Origin: an uncultured Leptospirales bacterium
Lineage (GTDB): Bacteria > Spirochaetota > UBA4802 > UBA5550
NCBI GenBank assembly: GCA_964529415.1
Contig: CAZGWD010000004.1
Coordinates: 70,806 to 134,805 of the forward strand
Reading direction: 5' to 3'
Length of the DNA: 64,000 bases
The translations under genes and the position numbers were made by a program. How positions within the stretch are numbered: position 1 is the first letter of the stretch; each line of letters begins with the position of its first letter. The notes under the pieces are model-generated. The model was given only the letters and a program-made list of their open reading frames with translations. It had not been told where the DNA came from and searched no databases. This document shows, in pieces, positions 45,843-53,987 of the stretch.

Positions 45843-46673
45843 TCATACACTCTCTATATTCACTATGCTTTTTATTCTGCCCATTATTTCATCAACCGCA
45901 GTTGCAGAGTTTTCAAGTGAAACAAGTACTGCTTTTTCCGGACAGACAACCGAGCACCTGCCGCAACCGATACATTGTGATTCATCATGTATAATTTTAC
46001 CACCTATTTGAGATATAGCTTTCATAAAACAGGCTTCAATGCAGGCAATGCACAGTTTGCATTTTTCCGGATCAACCGCAACTGTTAGTCCTTTCAGCTT
46101 AATCAAACCTGTTTTGAATTCATCAGGAAAATACTGTGCGGAATTCAGCACAGTACAGCAGCAGGGGCAGCAGAAACACACAGTCAGCATCCTTCCGCGA
46201 TTAGGCACCCCGTAATACAGGTCATCCATGCGCACCCTGCCTGTCATCGGGATCAGCCCCAGAGCCATTTTCGTTTTCAGATGTTCAAGCGCTTCATCTA
46301 CAGATACATGTTTTGCAATACCCGGACTTATAACTCTGGTATCGAATCCGAGAAGCATGCAGGAATCTTCAATAGGATACTCTTTACAGCCTTTTGCATC
46401 TCTGCAGCTGCACCTCTTTATAATTACACGATGCGCAGAGAGCCGGATGAGTTCTTCTATGATACCGCCAGTTAATACAGTGCTTGACGCCGGTTCAATG
46501 TTTGCATTTACAGGAATATATGTAATATTAAAATTTTTCCTGTTGAAAAGCGGCTTTGCCAGAAAAGTTATCACTTTACCGGCAAATGGAATCCCGGTTG
46601 CCTTTGCCATAAGATGATTAAGAGGCCAGTAGATTTTCAAAACATGAAGCCACCAGGATGGACGCCAGGTCAT
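45843..46673 (-). CDS. Cys-rich 4Fe-4S dicluster domain protein
   Basis: Two ferredoxin motifs, CKLCIACIEAC and CIGCGRCSVVCP, plus an unusual CFCCPCCC cluster and CSCRDAKGC. Hydrophobic N-terminus. Confidence 0.7.
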   Translation of the reverse strand: MTWRPSWWLHVLKIYWPLNHLMAKATGIPFAGKVITFLAKPLFNRKNFNITYIPVNANIEPASSTVLTGGIIEELIRLSAHRVIIKRCSCRDAKGCKEYPIEDSCMLLGFDTRVISPGIAKHVSVDEALEHLKTKMALGLIPMTGRVRMDDLYYGVPNRGRMLTVCFCCPCCCTVLNSAQYFPDEFKTGLIKLKGLTVAVDPEKCKLCIACIEACFMKAISQIGGKIIHDESQCIGCGRCSVVCPEKAVLVSLENSATAVDEIMGRIKSIVNIESV

Positions 46674-46759
46674 ATTAATTTTCTCCTGATATCAAGCATG
46701 AACAGCTGCCTAACTTTTGTTATATCTGTCCATCAACAGCTATAACTGAGCATGAAAGA

Positions 46760-48511
46760 TCAAGCAACATTTTCATCTTCATCAAGCCGCTCTTTCCACT
46801 GTTCAATTTTAGAATCACAATGCCTGTCAAACTGCACAAAAGCCTCATAAGAAGTTTGGCGCACATTGAATCCAAGTTTTCGATACGATTTTTTAACTGT
46901 CCGTTTCATTAAATGGCCGTGTGAATCAATTTCTTTTCCAGTTATTGGAGTGCCTGTTTCAATTATTTTATTCATTTGCTTATCAAAATGATTAATGCTC
47001 TTCCTGGCAGAATGGGCAAATTCATTTGCATGGATAGTCTCGTGTGTCATGCGGAAAAAGTGATACCCTTTTATAGATACATTGACCGCAAGAGCAAAAT
47101 TCCACGGCCGTGTAAAAATAGTTTTCAGTATAAACCACAGGTAATGCGCGCCATAGCGCGATGCAGTCTGCCTTATCAGCGAAAGAGCCAGAGCCCGCAA
47201 GTCTCGTTTCTGAAGAGGACGTGATCCTACTGATCTTGGAATACGGCTGACAAGAGTGTATCCGCGCCTGAAATAATTTCGCGGAGTATATATTTCACTT
47301 AGAACATGCTTATATCCCTCGAACAAAACCTCACTGTCCATTTTCGGAATAAAATTTATGCTGATTTCATTTCCGTTATTTCCATTGCTTTCATGCAGCA
47401 GCCGTCCTTCAGCCTCCAGGCGCCTGTGCAGCTGGGTTTTAGGCAGAGCCATCATGATGCCTACCATCGCCATTGCAATACCTGATTTCTGGATAAATTC
47501 TATCTGCCTCTCGAATATGTCATCGCGGTCAGTATCAAACCCGACAATAAAGCCAGCCAGAACCTCCATCCCCTTCTCCTGGATTTTCTGAACGCTTTCA
47601 AGAAGATCATGTTTCATATTCTGGCCTTTATTAGTCGCAGCCAGGGTTTCTGAATCAGGAGTCTCTATGCCCACGAAAACCATTGTAAAACCTGCATAGA
47701 TCATCATATCCATAAGCTCATCATCCTCTGCGAGATTGATGCTTGCCTCGGTATAAAGCGTGTACGGGGTATTGTTCCTGTTCTGCCACTCGGCAATTCT
47801 CGGCAGCAATTCCTTGACCCGCTTTTTATTTCCAATAAAATTATCATCAACTATAAATAAAGGACCTCTATACCCGATATCAAATAATAACTGCATTTCA
47901 TTGACAAACTGATCCGGATTTTTAGTTCGGGGCACCCTTCCAAACATTTCGATTATATCACAAAATTCACAGGTAAATGGGCACCCTCTTGAATACTGCA
48001 ATGCCATTGTTCCATACAACTTATAATCAATCAAGTCCAGACGAGGGGCCGGCGTTCTGGTGATGTCAGGTTTTACTTCACTTGTATATATCTTTTGCGG
48101 ATTGCCAGCGAGATAATCTGCGACGAAAAGCGGGATCGTCACCTCTCCCTCGTTTAAAATAAAATAATCAACGCCGGTTATGGATTCATAAGACGTGGTA
48201 GCATAAGGCCCGCCAACGGCAACAGGGACATTGCATTCGTTACATAGCTGCACTACAGAATTAAATGAATCCCTCTGAACTATCATTGCAGATATCATAA
48301 TCAGATCAGATTCTTTTATCATCTCCGGCGTTAATTCAGACACATTCATATCAACAAGCGTGCACTGAAATTCCTCCGGAAGCATCGCTGCAACTGTTAA
48401 AATTCCAAGCGGCGGCATTAAAGTTTTATATCCTGCAAACGGCAATGCATGTTTCAAACTCCAGTAAGTTGTTGGAATTTCAGGATAAACAAGTAATATT
48501 TTTTTTCTCAT
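46760..48511 (-). CDS. B12-binding radical SAM protein (class B, DUF4070-type C-terminus)
   Basis: N-terminal cobalamin-binding-like domain (KILLVYPE...LGILTVAAML). Radical SAM CxxxCxxC motif (GCPFTCEFCDI). Long helical C-terminal extension. GGAG lies 7 nt before the ATG at 48511. Confidence 0.85.
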   Translation of the reverse strand: MRKKILLVYPEIPTTYWSLKHALPFAGYKTLMPPLGILTVAAMLPEEFQCTLVDMNVSELTPEMIKESDLIMISAMIVQRDSFNSVVQLCNECNVPVAVGGPYATTSYESITGVDYFILNEGEVTIPLFVADYLAGNPQKIYTSEVKPDITRTPAPRLDLIDYKLYGTMALQYSRGCPFTCEFCDIIEMFGRVPRTKNPDQFVNEMQLLFDIGYRGPLFIVDDNFIGNKKRVKELLPRIAEWQNRNNTPYTLYTEASINLAEDDELMDMMIYAGFTMVFVGIETPDSETLAATNKGQNMKHDLLESVQKIQEKGMEVLAGFIVGFDTDRDDIFERQIEFIQKSGIAMAMVGIMMALPKTQLHRRLEAEGRLLHESNGNNGNEISINFIPKMDSEVLFEGYKHVLSEIYTPRNYFRRGYTLVSRIPRSVGSRPLQKRDLRALALSLIRQTASRYGAHYLWFILKTIFTRPWNFALAVNVSIKGYHFFRMTHETIHANEFAHSARKSINHFDKQMNKIIETGTPITGKEIDSHGHLMKRTVKKSYRKLGFNVRQTSYEAFVQFDRHCDSKIEQWKERLDEDENVA

Positions 48512-48659
48512 AGATAACTCCATAAAAATATACAGCTGATAATACTTCCCGTTTGTTTTCTATTTGATTTTATTAGAGGGAACAATGAGGTTGATAGAAT
48601 CTGCTGATGTAAAAAAAGACATATTGAATTTCATCGATAGTATAATCAAGGACATTAAG

Positions 48660-48707
48660 AAAAAAAAAGCTCCATGAAAAACCAGCCCGGATTGGCTGTA
48701 TAGAGCT
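48660..48707 (-). terminator. compound terminator after small GHKL gene 48727..49203
   Basis: On the minus strand: AGCTC...CAGCC-aatccg-GGCTG-gTTTTT...GAGCT-T9. It separates the GHKL gene from the radical SAM gene. Confidence 0.55.
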
Positions 48708-48726
48708 ATATAACAAAAAAATAATT

Positions 48727-49203
48727 TTATATTTTTTCAGCAAAGACAGAAAGAACCCCATTAACATATTTGTAATCAAGTTTAAATCCGCCCTCATAGG
48801 CAATGCGGTACAGGCCAAGCATGCTTTCACCTGAAGGAGGATTATCCATTAATTCCTGCAGCCTCTCAATATATAAATCCGCCACATTATCGGATGACTG
48901 TATCCGTTGAATATGATTAATTAATTTATTCAGATCATTTTCATCTCTGATGCTGTTTGAGACGCTTATAAAGATTGTATCATCATGCGCCATAAAGTCG
49001 CATTCGATGTTTCTGCCATCCGGAGTTTCAATGCCGTATTTTATTGCATTTTCTATCAGTTCAGCAACACACATTATGGTTGACTCAATAGCATCCTCCG
49101 GCTGATTTCTGTTTTGCATAAACTCGGATGCTTTTGCCTGGATGTCCCTGACAATTGACCATGTCGGCTTGATTGATAAATTTATTGCAATCTCTTCGTT
49201 CAT
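48727..49203 (-). CDS. small single-domain GHKL-fold protein (RsbW/anti-sigma-kinase-like, degenerate ATP-lid)
   Basis: 158 aa with N-box VAELIENAIKYG. The G1 position reads SVSNSI instead of DxGxG. G2-like MLGLYRIA. Paralog of 1053..1595. It has its own terminator downstream. Confidence 0.5.
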   Translation of the reverse strand: MNEEIAINLSIKPTWSIVRDIQAKASEFMQNRNQPEDAIESTIMCVAELIENAIKYGIETPDGRNIECDFMAHDDTIFISVSNSIRDENDLNKLINHIQRIQSSDNVADLYIERLQELMDNPPSGESMLGLYRIAYEGGFKLDYKYVNGVLSVFAEKI

Positions 49204-49345
49204 TTATTATTCCCTGTAATTTACTTTTTGAAAATCTTTAAAAAAAGTTATTTAAATTAATTTTTTTCACAGAAGGCACGCTATATGAAGCTAAATTCAA
49301 AATCAAGAACTATTCTTGGGAATAAACTACAAATAAAAAATCAGG

Positions 49346-49696
49346 CTACTGCACTTCCATATTCTTTATATAGTACTCCCTGCCTGAAATTAATTTGCTG
49401 TCTTTCCTGCCGCACGAAGCACAGGCATAGTCTCCGATATCTGCTTTTTCAATCTCATATGATGCACCGCAGGCATTACACTGCAGCACTACAGGCATCC
49501 TTTCAATCTTGAATTTCGCTCCTTCTGCAGCAGTTCCCCTGCTAAGGTAATCAAAATATTTCTGGATCCATTCATCTTCAAGATCACTGAGCATTCCAAC
49601 CTGCAGATGGATGATTACCACCCTGGCAACATTGTTTTTTTCTGCATGTGACAGTACAATTTTCAGAATGTTTTCAGTTATTGGAAGTTCATGCAT
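49346..49696 (-). CDS. hypA: hydrogenase nickel-insertion metallochaperone HypA
   Basis: N-terminal MHE nickel-binding motif. Zinc site CNAC...CASC. 116 aa. Confidence 0.85.
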   Translation of the reverse strand: MHELPITENILKIVLSHAEKNNVARVVIIHLQVGMLSDLEDEWIQKYFDYLSRGTAAEGAKFKIERMPVVLQCNACGASYEIEKADIGDYACASCGRKDSKLISGREYYIKNMEVQ

Positions 49697-50101
49697 GAAT
49701 CGTTCCTTTGTACCTTATATATATCTTTTATATATTTTTTCGGATTCTTTGAAATTTTTTTCAGTCCAATCCTCCTGTCCCCCAAAGGCTCACTTATATC
49801 CACAATTATGTGTAAGAAGAGGGGATATGGAGATATTTTTTCTTAATATTTATATAAATTCAATTATTATCAATGATATAAATGAAAATAATTAATAATT
49901 ATCTCATCATCTCTCCTGTTTTTTTATCTCCTTATCCCCTTAATCTTTTATTATTTTAAGATGCAGGTAGAAGTCAGCCCCAAAGGGGGCACGTGATAAA
50001 AAATCACTGAAAGATTATTGAATTTACATCATTTTCCCAACAATCCGGAATTAAAACGAATACTCTTCTGAAAAACAATCAAAAAAATCCGTATATAAGA
50101 T

Positions 50102-50131
50102 AAAAAAAACCGCAATACACAACATTGCGGT
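50102..50131 (-). terminator. Rho-independent terminator after lipase gene
   Basis: On the minus strand: ACCGCAAT-gttgtgt-ATTGCGGT followed by T8. Confidence 0.8.
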
Positions 50132-50158
50132 TTTATATTTCTATATTTTTATTATTTC

Positions 50159-51655
50159 TTATTCTATAGATTTCAAAACATCTGCCCAGCCAAGATACCA
50201 GTCTTCAGCATGTTTTGCAAATTCCGGAGAAATATAATTATCACGGTCGTACCAGAATACCTCCATTCCAGGTATATCCCAGTGGTCAAGATTATTAAAT
50301 ACACCGCCAAAATTCCAGACACCTTTTTCCGGTACACTTTTTTTATCCCAGTTAACGATTTCATCCTTTTTACCGGCAAAGTTATCAGTATAGAGCCATG
50401 GTCCATTCATTGATATTGTATTTACCACTCCATCATTCGGCCACCAGCTGCTGTCTATTCTTGGACGGTCTTTAACAGGCATTTTGAAAAAATCCCCGTC
50501 CCTGGCTCTCCATAATCCATGATAACGGCTGTCGTTACATGTATATGAACCCATCATTAATGACAATGGCATGAGAGCCAGAGCGACATTAGATTCCGGT
50601 ATCTGATGTTTTTCCCAGTTATCCAGCATATCAGGAAGCAATGCTTTCTGTGTTGCTTTGCCTGCAAAAGAAAAATAATATATATTGTCCTGGGCAAAAA
50701 CCCATGAATTCTGCTCTCTGGCGCCTTCCGGGCTCAGATCCCAGATGCATGTATCTTTTCTGTCTCCGCCCAAGAATTCTTTTATTTCAACTCTCATGCG
50801 CGCAACATAAGCATCAATTTTTTCTCCATGCTGCCGCGATGAAAGCCCGAACTGCTGCAGCTTGAAGTCATAAAAATTGAAAAAAGTTTCGTTATCATCA
50901 ACTCCTACCAATGCAATAAAATTAACAAGCAGACTTTCAATAAATGGAATAAATTTTATTACGCTATTGGCAAGAGTTGTTCCATTATGTGTTGCAGCCA
51001 TTGTTGTTATGCTGTGAATCAGATTTTTTGTTTCTGCTGTTCCTGTAAACAGAGGAGATATCGGTTCTTCGCCTTCATATAAACCAACTGTTTTTCCATT
51101 TACAGTCTTTACTGCTTTGCTTTCAGAATCTTTGCCATTTTCAAGCAATTGTGCAAGAATACGAGCAGTATGCCCTCCCTGGCTATGAGCTATTATATGT
51201 ATCTTTTTATTTTGACTATCCTTGCCCCAATCCTTAATCAGAGCTTTGCCGCGGTAATCTTTAATCTTACCCTCTTCGGCAAATCTGGCATGATTATGAG
51301 CAACAGAATGTGCAAGTCCATAATCAGTACGCGATCCTTTGAGCTGGGCATATAATTCACATGCTCTGTCCCAGTTGCTGGAAAAAGGTCCAACCACAGC
51401 AGTATAGCAGGTATGCCCTGAATCAGATAATATTGACTGAAGATCATCATATCCGCCCCAGTGAAAATGCCCTTTTGGTCCGCCAACCTCATCCCTGCCC
51501 CAGCCTAAAAAACCATGGAGAAGGATTATAGGATAATCCCCGCTGCTGTTTAATCCCTTGTCGCCGTCAGTTAATTCGCATCCGCTGAATGAACCGATTA
51601 TTAATAAAATTGATAATGCAAGAGCCGAAACAAAGAAGTTTTTATTTTTAAACAT
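50159..51655 (-). CDS. triacylglycerol lipase, family I.5 (Geobacillus-type), lipoprotein
   Basis: Lipobox GSFSGC. PIILLHGFLGWGRDE, GPFSSNWDRACELYAQL, nucleophile elbow HIIAHSQGG and NDGVVNT all parallel Geobacillus L1/T1 lipases. GGAG RBS before the ATG at 51655. The upstream 56-codon extension is rejected. Confidence 0.85.
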   Translation of the reverse strand: MFKNKNFFVSALALSILLIIGSFSGCELTDGDKGLNSSGDYPIILLHGFLGWGRDEVGGPKGHFHWGGYDDLQSILSDSGHTCYTAVVGPFSSNWDRACELYAQLKGSRTDYGLAHSVAHNHARFAEEGKIKDYRGKALIKDWGKDSQNKKIHIIAHSQGGHTARILAQLLENGKDSESKAVKTVNGKTVGLYEGEEPISPLFTGTAETKNLIHSITTMAATHNGTTLANSVIKFIPFIESLLVNFIALVGVDDNETFFNFYDFKLQQFGLSSRQHGEKIDAYVARMRVEIKEFLGGDRKDTCIWDLSPEGAREQNSWVFAQDNIYYFSFAGKATQKALLPDMLDNWEKHQIPESNVALALMPLSLMMGSYTCNDSRYHGLWRARDGDFFKMPVKDRPRIDSSWWPNDGVVNTISMNGPWLYTDNFAGKKDEIVNWDKKSVPEKGVWNFGGVFNNLDHWDIPGMEVFWYDRDNYISPEFAKHAEDWYLGWADVLKSIE

Positions 51656-51915
51656 ATAATTCTCCTTTAAATCCTGATTCTTAATATATCTTTTATAATT
51701 ACAATGTCTCAAGCCGTCTATCCGGTCTGATATATTTATTAGCACAAAATAAAAATAGTGTCGTCTCAAAGGTAGATGTCTTAATTTGATAAAGGAATGA
51801 AAGGTGTATAAAATAAGATTCATCCTGGTCGCAGATGCGGCATTTACACAATTTAAATCTGCAAAACCGGAATAACATAAAGCGGTTTAATCAAATCGTT
51901 AACTGTTTTGAAAAA

Positions 51916-53748
51916 TTAAATGGAGGTTTTCTGATATTTTGTTCTATAAATAATTGGAGTTTCGTTCATTATTTTCTTAAAAACCCTATAAAAGGTAGGA
52001 AGACTTTCAAAACCTACTGAAAATGCAATATCAACTATATTATCTTCTGAATTAATCAGCAATTCACAGGCTTTTTTCAGACGGCACTCATTTATATAGT
52101 CAGCTATATTCTTATCTGTCATTTTTTTAAACATTTTCCCCATATAGTCGCTGTTCATATTCATTTTTTTTGCAAGACTTTCCCTGGATATTTCTTCGCT
52201 GTAATTTTTTTCAATATATTGAATTGCCTCTTCCATTTTTTTCCTGGTAAAATATGAAACTACATTATCCTGAACTCCCTTTTCAAGAGTATCAACTACT
52301 CCCTGCAGCGCTTCCATGGATTTTTCAAGATCCACTGTCTTTTCCTTTACCTTCTGGTCAAGGTTCTCTTTAAGCTTTGTCAGATCGCTGTACATAATTG
52401 AATTGGCAAGAGAGATTGCAGCAGATGATTTTACATTCTTAATAAAAATTGTTTCATCCGGCGTTAACGGTTTTTTATTGCTTTTTTCCGGAAGCATCAG
52501 CAGAGCTATAAAACTATTCCTCTGAATCAATGGCACGATATATTTCGAATCATGCTCTTCAAACAGATTTAATAACTCTTCTTTTTCATCTTTGCTGATA
52601 ATAACATATTCAACAATATCGCGCTGAATCAGGCTTCCGGCTTTCAGCATCCATTTTTTTAAAGCTGAAGATAATACAAGGCCTGTAGATCCGAATCCGG
52701 GAAGATTATTTGTCTGAGTATCACAAAGAACAAGTTTTGCAGATTCAAAAGAGTGCGCCTTTTTTATTACATCTGTGAATTGCTTCACCAGCTCGTCAAA
52801 TGTTTTCAGAGAATAGATGCTCTCGATAAAGTCTGATTCAATCTGCATCAGTTCCCGTTTTCTTTTATTGAAAATTCTTTCTATCAGTTGATGAACTTTT
52901 CTAAAAAAATAATAATTTATAAAAAACCATACTAGGCATGCTATAAATAATATTCCGAAATTGTCTCTTCCAATATAAGGATAAAATATATATAAAACAA
53001 TGATATTGGGAATTGTAAGAAGGGTGGATATAACCGCCCATAAAGTAGCAACCTGGACAATACCGCGAAAATCGAGCAGACGGTAACGCAGCACCCCATA
53101 TGCAAGAAACGACAGCGGTATAAAACTGAAATTCCCTAAAGGATAGAAATCCATTCCTACAATTGCCGGAAAATTCATTAACGATAAAATTGCCGAAATA
53201 AGGAATGAAGCAATTATGTATTTAAACTTCAGACGGATAATCTGATTCTGCTCTTTCCTGAACCTCTGAATAAAAATAACTATAAAAAATATTGTTACAG
53301 CAGCAGCATAAATTCCAAAAATAATAAACGCAATACCGCCCTTGCCCATGTAACCCCAGCTGTATTTATTCAGTGATGGAATATAAAGCCCGGTTGGCGT
53401 TGTAAGAGAAATGAGGAAGCTGAGTATAAAAGCAGCCTTGATTAAATACTTGTTTTGAGTGTTCGTGATCCGGAAAAAATACAACATGCTGATTGCAGGC
53501 GTGTATACATAAAAAAAATGAACGCTGCGCTCTATTGTAAGTATGAGGTTCTCATTGCCCCTGAATAACTGATGGCAGATGAACACAGGGCTTAACAGCG
53601 ACCACCAGACGCATAAAATTACAAATAAAATATTTTCAGATTTAAATTTGCTTTTGAACAAAGCAAAATAAATAATTACAAGACTCACAAGCAGAGATAA
53701 AAACGGAGGGATTATATAAACATTCAGCTTTCCTATAATTGAATTCAT
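51916..53748 (-). CDS. membrane-embedded 7TM sensor - GAF-like - coiled coil - AraC-type HTH transcriptional regulator
   Basis: aa 1-~260 are polytopic (7 hydrophobic helices). The central alpha/beta region is followed by a C-terminal AraC/XylS double HTH (EAIQYIEKNYSEEISRESLAKKMNMNSDYMGKMFKK...DIAFSVGFESLPTFYRVFKK). The sensor is paralogous to 53988..56171. Confidence 0.8.
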   Translation of the reverse strand: MNSIIGKLNVYIIPPFLSLLVSLVIIYFALFKSKFKSENILFVILCVWWSLLSPVFICHQLFRGNENLILTIERSVHFFYVYTPAISMLYFFRITNTQNKYLIKAAFILSFLISLTTPTGLYIPSLNKYSWGYMGKGGIAFIIFGIYAAAVTIFFIVIFIQRFRKEQNQIIRLKFKYIIASFLISAILSLMNFPAIVGMDFYPLGNFSFIPLSFLAYGVLRYRLLDFRGIVQVATLWAVISTLLTIPNIIVLYIFYPYIGRDNFGILFIACLVWFFINYYFFRKVHQLIERIFNKRKRELMQIESDFIESIYSLKTFDELVKQFTDVIKKAHSFESAKLVLCDTQTNNLPGFGSTGLVLSSALKKWMLKAGSLIQRDIVEYVIISKDEKEELLNLFEEHDSKYIVPLIQRNSFIALLMLPEKSNKKPLTPDETIFIKNVKSSAAISLANSIMYSDLTKLKENLDQKVKEKTVDLEKSMEALQGVVDTLEKGVQDNVVSYFTRKKMEEAIQYIEKNYSEEISRESLAKKMNMNSDYMGKMFKKMTDKNIADYINECRLKKACELLINSEDNIVDIAFSVGFESLPTFYRVFKKIMNETPIIYRTKYQKTSI

Positions 53749-53870
53749 TATAATGTTTCAAAACTCCTGATCACATATTTGAAGCTTGGCAAAGGATGGC
53801 TGTTTGATTAACCGGATCGTATTTATTTCTCACAAATAATTATGTTCATGTAAACGCATAACTCAAGATG

Positions 53871-53899
53871 AAATTATAATGATTAAAAACAGCAGTCAA
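53871..53899 (-). promoter_or_regulatory. sigma70-type promoter for the 7TM-AraC gene
   Basis: On the minus strand: TTGACT, 17 bp, TAATTT. A plus-strand TTGACA at 53931-53936 faces the divergent PP2C gene. Confidence 0.45.
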
Positions 53900-53987
53900 C
53901 AAAAAATTAAATAATGTTACATTAACATTCTTGACAAATTGCCTGCTTTTAAACTAATTCAATTATGTCTTTTAGGAGTAACCCATA

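Noticed and set aside
48512-48726. Looked for a cobalamin riboswitch upstream of the B12-binding radical SAM gene. Also looked for a TPP or purine-type riboswitch upstream of the NCS1 permease (19901..20150).
   Set aside because: No B12-box (…GCCACUG…) or CUGAGA/ACCUGA TPP elements were seen. The first region is explained by a terminator plus a promoter-like box.
51656-51823. 56-codon N-terminal extension of the lipase ORF.
   Set aside because: The internal ATG at 51655 is preceded by AAAGGAG and starts a canonical lipoprotein signal peptide. The extension is basic and aromatic-rich with no signal.
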